Shown: positions 51,428 through 62,200 of the stretch, piece after piece
How the letters are laid out: the number at the start of each line of letters is the position of its first letter
Position numbering within the stretch: position 1 is the first letter of the stretch
DNA from: Naegleria gruberi
Taxonomy: Eukaryota
NCBI GenBank assembly: GCA_000004985.1
Contig: GG738907.1
Strand: one strand, 5' to 3'
DNA length: 64,000 nt
Notes under the pieces: model-generated
Databases searched by the model: none
What the model was told of the DNA's origin: nothing
The model's input: the letters and a program-made list of their open reading frames with translations, nothing else
Translations under genes and position numbers: made by a program

Positions 51428-52987
51428 TTAATTTGTTTTGTTTCTCAAGGTAGCTTTGATTTTGAGGTTTGTTGGTCTGATTGTAACTGCAACAGCTTTT
51501 CCAATTGGATCAACACTTTCATCATTCAATAACTCCAATTTGTATTTTCTGACAAGCTTGGTAAAGATTGCATTCAGTTCAATTAATGCAAACTTGTAAC
51601 CAATACACTTTCTGTTGGCCATTGAGAATGGCATCCAAGAAAATGAGTGTTGATATCTCAATTGTGTTTCAGCATCAGGGAAACGATCAGGATTGAATTC
51701 TGTTGGATTTTCCCAATTTTTGTCTGAATTACAGGCTTGTGCAAGACTCAATAATATACTGGTATTCTTTGGTATTTTGAATTCTCCTAATTCGACATCC
51801 TTCTTTGCAACCTTAATAATTCCACCAACAGGTCCATGCACTCTAAGAGTTTCCATAATAAAAGCATTAACATAGGTGAGCTTTTCATAATCATCAAAAG
51901 TTGGTTCTCTATCACCCAAAACGTTTTGAATATTATCATAGAGCTTTTGTTGAATATCTGGACGTTTAGCTAAAACGTAAGAAGCCCATTGGGATAAACT
52001 GCTACTAGTATCATTTCCGGCAAGCGAAAAAATAAATGAATTACTCTTAATTTCGTCTTTGGTCAAACCACCATGTTCAGACTTGGTATTGTCGAGTTGA
52101 GATTCAGTTAGTGAAGAGTTGGTTTCAATCATCATGGTTAACAAATCATTGTGTTCAGTACCTTCCAACTTGTCATTTTCGTAAATTTCCTTCTTTTCTT
52201 GAATGATTTTGTCCAACTTGGTGCTAACCAACTCGAGTGCTTTATCAACTCCAAAGTAGCTCATTACGTATGGATACAAATATTTGAGAATTGGAGTTTC
52301 TGACAAGAATCTCTTGAATAAAATACCCTTTGTTAGCAAGATTTCCAATGACTTTCTAAAGTTGGATTCATTCTTGGTTGGATCGTCAGAGAATAAACCA
52401 AAATCCAATCCGAAAATAGATCTTCCCAAAACCTGTAATGTTAAATCAGAATAATCATCAATAGGCAAGATGAATGATCCATTTGCATCTGGCAATTTTT
52501 CCCATCTATGAGCTACCATCTCATCGAATGATTCACAAGTTACCTTTGTGACAAACTTTAAATTATTTGAAGAGAATGCAGGAGAACAAATTCGATGGTG
52601 TGGCTTCCACGTGTCAGCTTCCAACATGGACAAGATATTGTCTCCAAATATTTTAAATGCTTCATAGGAAGGTGGATACTTCTTGAAGAACTTTTCCTTA
52701 GTCAACAAGAGCTCCTTAATATGATCCTTGTGACTAACAATGACAATGTTTCTTCCGAGCATTGACATTCTAACAATACCAGTCTTTTTATCACCAAACT
52801 TTTCAACCATTTCTGGAACGTGCTCTGTACCAAAGTAAATGTAGGGAGCAATGAAAGGAATTCTGAAAGGAGCGAAGGCAATTTGCCAAGAACCAGGAAT
52901 ATGCTTCACTGCACTATATCTTGAATAGATTGACCATGTCAAAACAGTCAATCCAATAATTATCAATGCAACAATCCACTCTAACAT
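51428..52987 (-). CDS. Cytochrome P450 monooxygenase (519 aa) with an N-terminal membrane anchor
   Basis: Heme-binding loop FSMANRKCIGYKFA (FxxGxRxCxG). ExxR (ETLR). PERF-like region (NPDRFPD). I-helix AGNDTSSS. N-terminal TM helix MLEWIVALIIIGLTVLTW. Confidence 0.8.
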   Translation of the reverse strand: MLEWIVALIIIGLTVLTWSIYSRYSAVKHIPGSWQIAFAPFRIPFIAPYIYFGTEHVPEMVEKFGDKKTGIVRMSMLGRNIVIVSHKDHIKELLLTKEKFFKKYPPSYEAFKIFGDNILSMLEADTWKPHHRICSPAFSSNNLKFVTKVTCESFDEMVAHRWEKLPDANGSFILPIDDYSDLTLQVLGRSIFGLDFGLFSDDPTKNESNFRKSLEILLTKGILFKRFLSETPILKYLYPYVMSYFGVDKALELVSTKLDKIIQEKKEIYENDKLEGTEHNDLLTMMIETNSSLTESQLDNTKSEHGGLTKDEIKSNSFIFSLAGNDTSSSLSQWASYVLAKRPDIQQKLYDNIQNVLGDREPTFDDYEKLTYVNAFIMETLRVHGPVGGIIKVAKKDVELGEFKIPKNTSILLSLAQACNSDKNWENPTEFNPDRFPDAETQLRYQHSFSWMPFSMANRKCIGYKFALIELNAIFTKLVRKYKLELLNDESVDPIGKAVAVTIRPTNLKIKATLRNKTN

Positions 52988-53566
52988 TTCCGAACGATGA
53001 AAATCTTTGTTACTATTTAACTATTTAATAAATCAATCACTAATTCTCTATATAAAGTACTTGATATTAATTCTATCAGTAGTTATTATGTTTCAATTTT
53101 TTTATCAGTGTTTGGAGATGGAATTCATCAATTCATGGAGTTTTTATTCATCATCACAAGGTGCGTCGAAGAGTTCAACTAAAGTGCGTCAGACAACATG
53201 AAGGCTATTTTTTAGAGATGGACAAATAGGCTTTGATTGAGTCTGCCAAGAACAAGGCAACGCAACAAAGACATTTATGGAACATGTGTGCGTTTTTTTA
53301 AGGCGCACCAGCAATGATTCAATACTTAATAATGTCATAGGTTGATGGAGTAATGGTGGAGTATTGACTTATTTAATAGTATATTATTCAAATTGTAATA
53401 ATTAATAGGATGACTTGTTCAATTTCAATTTTTACAAAAATTCATTCTCCAGTTTGATATTGATGTTCCAGCATGAACATTGATCATCATTAAAAAAAAA
53501 GATTCAAGTCATCACACACTGATTTATTTATTAATAATTATCATCACCACATAGAATATTTGAAGA

Positions 53567-56215
53567 ATGGTCAGATTTTCATCTTCCGAATTGTTTTCAG
53601 CCTTTTCTTCTGATGAAGAAAGTCAGGTTGCCGATCCTGCAGCACTTGACTTGATAGAGGGTGAATTGTCTGATGATGAAGAGGTAATACAAAATGCTTT
53701 TGATCAACATGCAATTCCTGTTCAATTCAAATCACAAAAGAAGAAGAAAATTAAAAGAAAACAAAAGACTGTAAAAAAGGAAAAGCAAATTATTTATGAA
53801 TTTGAAGAACAAGTATCAGCTCCAAAGGTTGTCAAGTCAACTGTGGAAAAACAAAATAATCAACAAGAGAAGGGATTGTTGGATGAGGTTAGGTTCAATT
53901 TTCCGATATGCTTTTCTAAAAATTTGTGGAAAGACGTAGTTCCAGAACAGATTACAACTTATCAAGTTGATTCAAATTATATTTCAGATGTTATGGACAT
54001 TTCATTTAATTATCATAGATTGAGCGAGGCCAGAAGTAAGATATTTAAAGAACCTTTCAAGAATTTCACAGAAGCTGTTGAAGAGCTAGTTAGAATTCCT
54101 CGATTTAGAGAAAGAACAACTTCCAGAAAGCTCAATTCCTCCTCCACAAATCTCCTTTCACAATCCAGAAGTATTGAAAGGAAGATTTTCAGTTGTGTGG
54201 CTCACAACTTTTCTTACATTTTAGAAAAGAAAGAGAATACCTTGCATTTTCTTATTTATGATAGCGCAAGAAATACTCTAGTAGATTATTTGAATTTTGA
54301 AAAGTTGTTTTTCCTCAAAGGAAAGCACAGTATGATCAAACTTGATTTGGAATTTAATTCTGATTACAAAATCGCAAAGTTCGCTGATAATATACTCATA
54401 TTTTGTGGAGATCATTCACTTACCGAGTCCGAATATTTAGAACAAGGAGAGGTTGAAAATGCACACTTTAGTGCTCATGATAGGGTTCAATTTCGTAATA
54501 TCAAGGCCGATGAAATGATAATTTATAAGATTATCAAGGTCGACACACCAAAGGAGATTGCAATTGTCCCATGTTTTTCAATTAATAAGGACGGCGATAA
54601 CTGTATCACCAAGAGAAGCGACTACTCGGTCAATTCTACTAATGGCTCTTTCATATACGTCTTTGGAGGTGTAGAAAAGAATGGAAAATTATCTAATGCT
54701 CTCTTTATGCTTACTAGAAGTACCACTCATAATGGAAGACTTGACAGCCGTCTTCAAAACAATGAATGTGCTCCTTGCCCAAGATACAAACACTCCTCTT
54801 GTATGATTATCTCTGATTTGTTTATTTATGGAGGTATTGGAGAGAATGGAAAAGTATTGAATGACTTGTACAGATTCAAGGATGGAAAATGGGTTGAAAT
54901 TATTGTTGATTCTCTACTTCCTTCTCCTACTGCAGATTGTTCTCTATTTTCAGATTCGAGAAACGTGTACCTATTCCAGAAGAATTCTGACAGCTATTGT
55001 ATTGAGGTTAATGAAAAAAACCCAAGTTGGAAAATTCTTAATGGTTTGATTAAAGAGAAGAGAGATGGGCAACCTCCAATCAAAATAGATGCAACCAGTA
55101 GTATTTTTGAGTTGAGTGATGAAGGGTTACACTTTTGTCCAAAGTATCTTTTTGATTTCCGTTCTCAAAGAACTTCCCTTCCACAATTCTTGATGGAAAA
55201 GAGAAATGAATACTATATGGTAGATATGGCTTTCAAATTGGAAGACTCTCTCAATGATTTGTCTGATTACATTCTCGCCCACAAATGTGTCATACTTGCT
55301 AGATGTCCTGGTTTGTATAAATACATTGAAGAAACAAATCAAGAATTAGAGAAGGAAGAATTTATTGGAGTAATTTTCCCAAATGATGATAAGGCAACAA
55401 TTCCACTTGTAAGAGTATTACCAGGTTATGAACCTGTTTTCAAAACATATTTGGACTTTTTGTATTGTGGAGAAATTATTGTCACTGAAGCAAAGAATGT
55501 GCCTCTCTTGTTAGATTTAGCAAGAATTCTCTCTCCAGAGAGCCATTATCCATTCTTTTTGAAGCTTTTCAATAAGAGCACCAAGATTGATATGTCGTTG
55601 TGTAGAGAATCAATAAGAGAATATGAGAAGAATTTTGAAAATCTCTTCAAAAATAACACTGGCTCAGATTTAGCACTAGTATTTCCAGATAGTCATCCAA
55701 ATATTGAACTCGATGACTGTGGAATGGTTGCTGATCAAGAAAAAATTCCTACAGGAGCACTCAATGTTCACAGACTATTCCTCTCCAGAAGTCCATATCT
55801 TTCCAGAGTATTCGTTACAAGTAGAATGTCTGAAGCAATGTCCAATGTTGTCTATATGGAGGAGTATTCATATGATGCCTTTAAAAAGATGGTCGAATTT
55901 TTCTATACAGACAAAATTCAGTTGGATGGCCAGAATTGTCTTGCAACCTTAATTTATTCTTCCTTGTTTGAATGTGAGGATTTACTTTCTTGTTCTAGAT
56001 CTGTTGCCACAGAATTGATCGATACTGCTACCGTCTGGGCTGTCATGGGTATTGCTCTACATTATCAAGATCCAGGCCTTCAAATTGCATGTGAGGATTA
56101 TATTATTAAGAACAACTCTCTAATGGATACAAGAGATTTTCATGAACTTCCAAAAGATGCCAAAAGAAGAATCAAGGAACAATTCAAAAAGAAAAAGCCA
56201 AACAAAAAGAAATAA
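53567..56215 (+). CDS. LZTR1-like protein (882 aa): Kelch beta-propeller repeats followed by two BTB/BACK domains
   Basis: Kelch-type repeats (FIYVFGGVEKNGKLSNALFML; LFIYGGIGENGKVLNDLYRFKDGKWVEI). Two C-terminal BTB-like domains (CVILARCPGLYKYIE...; LNVHRLFLSRSPYLSRVFVTS...YSYDAFKKMVEFFYTDKIQL). Kelch-then-BTB is the reverse of the KLHL family and matches LZTR1. Confidence 0.55.
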   Translation: MVRFSSSELFSAFSSDEESQVADPAALDLIEGELSDDEEVIQNAFDQHAIPVQFKSQKKKKIKRKQKTVKKEKQIIYEFEEQVSAPKVVKSTVEKQNNQQEKGLLDEVRFNFPICFSKNLWKDVVPEQITTYQVDSNYISDVMDISFNYHRLSEARSKIFKEPFKNFTEAVEELVRIPRFRERTTSRKLNSSSTNLLSQSRSIERKIFSCVAHNFSYILEKKENTLHFLIYDSARNTLVDYLNFEKLFFLKGKHSMIKLDLEFNSDYKIAKFADNILIFCGDHSLTESEYLEQGEVENAHFSAHDRVQFRNIKADEMIIYKIIKVDTPKEIAIVPCFSINKDGDNCITKRSDYSVNSTNGSFIYVFGGVEKNGKLSNALFMLTRSTTHNGRLDSRLQNNECAPCPRYKHSSCMIISDLFIYGGIGENGKVLNDLYRFKDGKWVEIIVDSLLPSPTADCSLFSDSRNVYLFQKNSDSYCIEVNEKNPSWKILNGLIKEKRDGQPPIKIDATSSIFELSDEGLHFCPKYLFDFRSQRTSLPQFLMEKRNEYYMVDMAFKLEDSLNDLSDYILAHKCVILARCPGLYKYIEETNQELEKEEFIGVIFPNDDKATIPLVRVLPGYEPVFKTYLDFLYCGEIIVTEAKNVPLLLDLARILSPESHYPFFLKLFNKSTKIDMSLCRESIREYEKNFENLFKNNTGSDLALVFPDSHPNIELDDCGMVADQEKIPTGALNVHRLFLSRSPYLSRVFVTSRMSEAMSNVVYMEEYSYDAFKKMVEFFYTDKIQLDGQNCLATLIYSSLFECEDLLSCSRSVATELIDTATVWAVMGIALHYQDPGLQIACEDYIIKNNSLMDTRDFHELPKDAKRRIKEQFKKKKPNKKK

Positions 56216-56281
56216 ATCACTGAAACCTCCTGTCACACTCAAACGATTTATTAACAACATTATCTTGGAACAACTTGAATC

Positions 56282-56512
56282 TCATCCACCTCTCAAACTC
56301 AAAATCAAGGAAATGGTACTATCCTGTTTCATTTCATAATCTTGAATTGTTTTTCCATCTTCAAGTTTTTTGCCATTTAAAATCATTCGTTGACTTGGTG
56401 GTGGGATTCCCAGTTTTTCGTTCACCAGTTCTTTAATTTTTTCGATAGTGTCTGTGCATTCTACTTCGATAGGTACGGAATGACCTGATAGGGTCTTGAT
56501 AAATAGTTGCAT
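56282..56512 (-). CDS. NEDD8: NEDD8/Rub1-like ubiquitin-like modifier (76 aa). The ORF ends directly at ...LRGG-stop with no C-terminal propeptide.
   Basis: MQLFIKTLSGHSVPIEVECTDTIEKIKELVNEKLGIPPPSQRMILNGKKLEDGKTIQDYEMKQDSTISLILSLRGG has the ubiquitin fold with a di-Gly C-terminus. It is closer to NEDD8 than to ubiquitin (I44-equivalent patch, non-Arg at position 72; Ser72 here versus Ala72 in NEDD8). Confidence 0.6.
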   Translation of the reverse strand: MQLFIKTLSGHSVPIEVECTDTIEKIKELVNEKLGIPPPSQRMILNGKKLEDGKTIQDYEMKQDSTISLILSLRGG

Positions 56513-56597
56513 TTTTTATCGTGTTTTAATAGGATAATAATAAACATGAACTTTGTTCAGAAAAAAGAAACTAAACCCTTAAAAATTAAAACGGAAA

Positions 56598-56670
56598 CCC
56601 CCACCGTGGGGGTCGAACCCACGACCACAAGGTTAAGAGCCTTGCGCTCTACCGACTGAGCTAGACGGGC
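56598..56670 (-). tRNA. tRNA-Lys(CUU): tRNA-Lys (anticodon CUU), 73 nt
   Basis: Reverse complement reads GCCCGTCTAGCTCAGTCGGTAGAGCGCAAGGCTCTTAACCTTGTGGTCGTGGGTTCGACCCCCACGGTGGGGG. Anticodon loop is CTCTTAA. Near-identical to animal and fungal tRNA-Lys(CUU). G1·G72 is a possible mismatch. Confidence 0.8.
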
Positions 56671-56771
56671 TACATTGTATGATAATAAGAAAAAGAATAA
56701 GTAATCATAAGTCTGTCTGAATACTGTTAAACTCATTTTTTAAAAATTAATAAAAAAATAAATTCAAAAAA

Positions 56772-58133
56772 ATGTTTCCAACGGCCCACAACAATAATGC
56801 TGGTGGTAACATGATGCAAACGAACAATAATCCAGGAGCATCATCATCAGTGGCCACTAATGGAGCATCCAATCAACTACCACCACCGGAACAAGGTTAT
56901 CTTTCTCAACCTAATATGCCTATGGGCATAAACTATCCTATCCCACAACACCCTAATTATCATAGTACCAACTCGTATCAAACACCACTGATGTCCCACA
57001 ATAATCCACCAACACCATCCAAGTCGAATACATCACAGGGAATGATTAATCCTTCTACTGGACAACAAACTATGGAAAATCAAACTTCAGTTCCTCCTCA
57101 TCAACCATATCAACCACAACCATTGGTGCACAATTCACCAGGAAAGGCAGGATATTATTCTGCTCCAAATGCTGGTATTGCATCATCAAGTAATCAAAAT
57201 ATACCTCCTCAATATGTTGTAGATAATCATCAACATGGTTACACTGTTGTGGATCATCAAAATGTTGCTCCAACTTCTGTTAATCAAGTGGAAGCAACAA
57301 TTGAGGAACCTAGGACAAGAGCAAGTGATGAACCACAACTTGTATTTTCTTGTAAACATTGCCGAACAATATTTATTGATAGTAATGCTCTATTTTTCAA
57401 TGGTGAGGAACATGGAATTATTACATTCTTGAAAGTACACAAGGTGGAAGTAAGAGAAAATGTACAAATTGCACCAAATGATAGATTTGATGCTGGAAGT
57501 AATTACTATCCATTATTTTGTAAACAATGTCAAACACTTGTTGGAAGAAAATATTTAATGAGTGACAAGTCACCAATTGTAGATATTATTGGATATTACA
57601 CTTTGGATATTGATGCATTATCTCTGTATGAAATGTGGACTGCTGAACAAGAAACTGGAGAAATTCAAGGAGGTCACATCGATAACATTAAATCAATTCC
57701 AACCAACAGATCAATCATGAAAGAAATTACGTTATTGAAAAATGCTCTATTAATGTTACAACACAATCAATCATCTCAAGGTAAAGAAATACATCTCCTC
57801 AAACAAGAAATTAATGGAACTGTGGATAAGAATGATAGTGTTAAAAAGATACCTGAATTAATTCAAAAAATGGCACGCATTGAAAAGGAACTGAACATAT
57901 CCCAAGAGGAACAAAAGAAAATTTCACACATAAACAGAAGATTAAATAATGAAGTTGGGCATATCAAGAAGGAAACCGGCATCACTCCCTTGGGAACAGA
58001 ACCTATTAAGCCACCACCACCAACCAACCAACCATCAAACAAAAAGAGAGCTAGTATGGGCAGCACAACAGCAGCCATTGAAAGTTCTCACACACCAGAA
58101 ACCACCAACTCTAAGAAAAAGAAGACTAAATAA
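56772..58133 (+). CDS. Mis18/Yippee-like zinc-binding domain protein with a C-terminal coiled coil (453 aa). Candidate kinetochore or centromere licensing factor.
   Basis: The N-terminal ~170 aa is P/Q/N-rich. A Yippee-fold follows with paired CxxC motifs (FSCKHCRTIF ... LFCKQCQTLVGRKY). A coiled coil follows (ITLLKNALLMLQHNQ...KKIPELIQKMARIEKELNISQEEQKKISHINRRLNNEV), then a basic tail. Confidence 0.45.
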   Translation: MFPTAHNNNAGGNMMQTNNNPGASSSVATNGASNQLPPPEQGYLSQPNMPMGINYPIPQHPNYHSTNSYQTPLMSHNNPPTPSKSNTSQGMINPSTGQQTMENQTSVPPHQPYQPQPLVHNSPGKAGYYSAPNAGIASSSNQNIPPQYVVDNHQHGYTVVDHQNVAPTSVNQVEATIEEPRTRASDEPQLVFSCKHCRTIFIDSNALFFNGEEHGIITFLKVHKVEVRENVQIAPNDRFDAGSNYYPLFCKQCQTLVGRKYLMSDKSPIVDIIGYYTLDIDALSLYEMWTAEQETGEIQGGHIDNIKSIPTNRSIMKEITLLKNALLMLQHNQSSQGKEIHLLKQEINGTVDKNDSVKKIPELIQKMARIEKELNISQEEQKKISHINRRLNNEVGHIKKETGITPLGTEPIKPPPPTNQPSNKKRASMGSTTAAIESSHTPETTNSKKKKTK

Positions 58134-58251
58134 ATTTTCACTAGTGTAAATCCTCCAATAACATATATTCTTTTAAAACTTTTCAAATTTCAAGTCATTT
58201 TACAATTAATTCTTAAATTTCAAAAAAATCAAATTTAATAATTAAAAAAAA

Positions 58252-59214
58252 ATGTTCAAACAAGCAATCAAGCAAACCTCATCACTTTCATCATCATTTG
58301 CTTTCCGTAATAGCTTCCTCCTCTCCGTAAAGAGATGTTTCTCAACATCTTCCCTCCAGGATTGTATCCTCAAATTACCAGATCCTGTTACTAATCCTTC
58401 CGTAGCTGTTCTCTCATTCAATAGACAACAACAACGTAATGCATTGGGAGTTAATATGGTCAATGAATTGCTCTCTTGTTTGGAATTTATTAAATTTAAT
58501 CATACTGAACAAGGAATTCGTTGTTTGATTATTAATAGTGCTGTCAAGGGAACTTTCTGTGCTGGAGCCGATTTAAAGGAACGATCACAAATGACACAAA
58601 CACAAACTAGTCAATTTGTTACAAAACTTAGAAATTTGATGAATGATATTGAAAATTTACCAATTCCAACCATTGCTGCTATTAATGGTTATTGTTTAGG
58701 AGGTGGAATGGAATTGTCACTTGCTTGTGACTTTAGAGTTGGTGTTCAAAATAAGGATGTGGAATTGGAAAAATTACCAGGATATTATGGATTAGTTGAA
58801 ACTGCATTGGCTATTATTCCAGGTGCTGGTGGTACTCAAAGATTGCCAAGATTGATTGGTGTTCCAAAAGCTAAGGAATTGATTTATACTGCCAAGAAGA
58901 TTAACGTCCAAGAAGCTTATGAAAAGTATGGAATTTTGAATGATGTTTTAATTGTTGATTCTTCAAATGTTGCCAATGAAGATCAATTACTCATCGATTT
59001 TTGTGTTGAAAAGTATGGTAAACCAATTTCACAAAATGGCCCAATTGCTGTCAAGATGGCCAAGCAATCAATTCAACAAGGAATTCAACTTGATCTTGCC
59101 AATGCCATGAAAACTGAAGAACTCTGTTATGCTCAAGTTATTCCAACAAAGGATCGTATTGAAGGTTTGACTGCTTTCAGAGAAAAGAGAAAGCCAGTTT
59201 ACAAGGGAGAATAA
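58252..59214 (+). CDS. Mitochondrial enoyl-CoA hydratase/isomerase (crotonase) family protein, methylglutaconyl-CoA hydratase-like (320 aa)
   Basis: N-terminal presequence MFKQAIKQTSSLSSSFAFRNSFLLSVKRCFSTSS. Crotonase motifs GTFCAGADLKER and AAINGYCLGGGMELSLACDFRV (catalytic Glu in GGGMEL). Confidence 0.8.
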   Translation: MFKQAIKQTSSLSSSFAFRNSFLLSVKRCFSTSSLQDCILKLPDPVTNPSVAVLSFNRQQQRNALGVNMVNELLSCLEFIKFNHTEQGIRCLIINSAVKGTFCAGADLKERSQMTQTQTSQFVTKLRNLMNDIENLPIPTIAAINGYCLGGGMELSLACDFRVGVQNKDVELEKLPGYYGLVETALAIIPGAGGTQRLPRLIGVPKAKELIYTAKKINVQEAYEKYGILNDVLIVDSSNVANEDQLLIDFCVEKYGKPISQNGPIAVKMAKQSIQQGIQLDLANAMKTEELCYAQVIPTKDRIEGLTAFREKRKPVYKGE

Positions 59215-59215
59215 A

Positions 59216-62200
59216 TTATTTATTTTGTGGAAGTTTGGATTTTTCGTCGTTTGTCAAATTTTGAGTGTCAACAAGTAATTCAGTAAGGTGAGTATTGCTT
59301 TGAGCAGCAGAAACAATGGTACTGAGTCCAGAAGCAGTAAATCCAGTTCCAGTCAAATCCAAAGTCTTGAGAGCAACATTATTCTTTACGAGTTCAACAA
59401 CAAGAGGTGCACTTTCATCAGTGATGAGTGGATTGTTTGACAAGTCCAACTTGGAAATGTGGCTGTTTGGTTTGACATTTTGTAAAACAACTCTAGCAAC
59501 ATCATCGTCACAACCCTTATTCTTCAATGAAACAGACTTTAAAGTTGTTGCATATTCAAGAAGGTAGCCAAAGTCTTGTAATTGTTCTCTATCTAAATAT
59601 CTCAATTCGAGGATAATTCCATCAAAGTCCATATCTGGAGTTTCACCATTTTCAGCAGCATCCAAAATATCATCAAATTCTACAAGATTGACATATGACT
59701 TGGTTGAGCTAGTTTCACTGACAGCAGCTGGAGAAAGGTCTTCGTTAGAAGTTTGTTCTATCATCTTTTCCTCCGATTCATTCTGTTGTTGGAAAATAGT
59801 TTCCTGTAATTTGGTTTGAGTCTCAAGAGATGAGATTTGAGTCAACATTGCTGACTTTTCCTTTTCAAATTCAATTTGAGTTTCGCTTAATTGTTGAGAG
59901 GAAATTTCAACTTGTTTGGCCAAATGTTCAACCCTTTGTTGCATTTCATTCAATTCTGATTCCTTACCGTTCAAGGTAGTATTCAATTCATCCAAGGATT
60001 GTTTGAGCTTGTTGTTTTCATCAACTTGGTTATCCAAAGAGTGTTGATTTGACTTTGTTTCTTCAGAGGCCTTTTCAACTTGTTGAGTCAACTCAGCAAT
60101 CTTTTCATTCAAAGTCTTGAGGTTATTTTCAGATTGGTTAATTTCATCTTCCTTCTTCTTGAGTGATTCCTTCAATTCAGTAACAGTATTAGAAAGATCA
60201 GAAGCAGATGATTCCTTTTCCTTGTTCAAGACATCAATTTGTTGTTTGAGAGTTTCAGCAGTCTTCTTTTCATTGGAGAGCTCTTCAGTGAGAGATTTGA
60301 CAGATTCAACCGTATTCTTCAATTCAGTGCCATTCTTTTCCAATTCAGAGGCCTTTTCCTCGAGTTGCTTCTTGATAGATTGCAATTCTTGTTCGAGAGT
60401 CTTGCTTTGAGTTTCAAGAGCAGATTCTTGCTTCTTGGAGGATTCCAATTGAGTAGTGATTTCTTCAACTTGCTTCTTGTATTCATCGATCTTAGCATTG
60501 GTAGTCTTGAGTGTTGATTGACTTTCTTCGAGTTGCTTTTCAACTTGTTGCAATTGACTCTTCAAAGTTTCAACTTGTTCATTGGATGAGGAGCTGGTAG
60601 TCTTGAGAGATTCTTCAAGCTTGGCAAACTTTTCACTTTGTTCTGTGAGTTGTTGAGTGAGAGCTTGAACTTGAGAAGTCTTGGATTGAGTTTCTTCTTC
60701 CAAACTCTTCTTCAATTCTTGAATGTGAGATTCCAATTCTTGGCTCTTCTTAGTGGCAGCATTCAATGCTTCAACAGTTTCAGTGGATGTCTTCTTTTCA
60801 GCATCGAGTTGAGTCTTGACATTATTCAAATCGGTTTGAGAAGTTTCAACTTGTTGAGCGAGTTCCTTCAATTGCTTTTCCTTTTCGGCAATATCTTGTT
60901 CGAGCTTGGTTGCCTTATCAGCGAGTGAGTTCTTTTCTGATTGGAGAGTTTCCAATGAAGATGAAACCTCAGAGTGATTCTTGAGTTGGGATTCAAGGGT
61001 GGAAATTTGAGATTGAAGCTTGGTCAAGTCGGTTTCCTTTTCCTTTTGAGCATTTTCCAATTGTGATTGCAAATCTTGAACCTTTTGAGAGAGTTCAGAA
61101 TTTTGAGTGGCAGCTTGTTGACTCTTGTTTGATGATTCAGCAAGATCTTCCTTCAACTTGTCAGCTTGCTTTTGTAATTCAGCCTTTTCAGAGTTGGCAG
61201 TTTCCAATTTCTTGGAAAGTTCTTCCTTCTCATTTTCAATGGTTTTAACAGCAGATGAAGCATTTTCCTTTGATTCTTCAATGGTCTTTTGAAGAGTTTG
61301 CAAGGTAGATAAAGTAGCTTCATTTTCACTCTTAATCTTGTTCAAATCATCGGCCAACTTGTTCTTTTCATTTTCCAAAGATTGCTTGGTTTGATTGATT
61401 TCTTCTTCCTTTTGCTTGATACTTTCCAAGAGTTTGGAATTATCTGTAGAAAGATTGGAAACTTGTTCTTCGAGAGATTTGGCCTTGGAAACTTGAGATT
61501 CCTTTTCTTGAGTGAGAGTTTGAGAGTTGGCATTCAAGGTGGCAATTTGTTCCTTCAATAAGGTAATTTCCTTTTCCAATGATTCCTTTTCCTTTTGAGT
61601 GGATTCAGAGGATTGGGAGCTAGAATGGATAGTCTTTTCCAATGATTTGATTGTTTCCAAGGATTCATTATATTGAATCTTGACCTTTTCCAATTCAGCA
61701 ATTGACTTTTCAAGGTCACTAACTTGTTTTTCCTTTTCGGAGAGTGAAGCAGCATGTTGAGTGGATTGAGTATTGGCTTGTTCCAATTCTGTCTTGAGAG
61801 TTGAGGACAAGGTTTCAGCTTGAGTAAGCTTTCCATTCAAAGTATTGATATTTTGAGTCAATTCTTCAATTTGAGTCTTGAGAGTGGCAATTTGCTTTTC
61901 ACTTTCAGAGATTGATTCACTGGCATTCTTTTCCTTAGATTGCAAGGATTGGTTCAATTCATCCAATTGCTTTCTCAATGATTCAGCATCTTGTTCCAAC
62001 TTGGCATGAGAAACCTTACTTTCACTCAATTGCTTTTGTAAATCAGATTCGGATTGTTTAGTCTTGTTCAAATCTTCATTGAGCTTTTGAATGTCTTGTT
62101 CCAATGAAGAACCACTTTGTTTGGCATCTTGTTCCAACTTTTTGATTTGAGAATTCAACTTTTCTTCACTTTGCTTTGATTCAGAAAGAGTCAACTTGAG

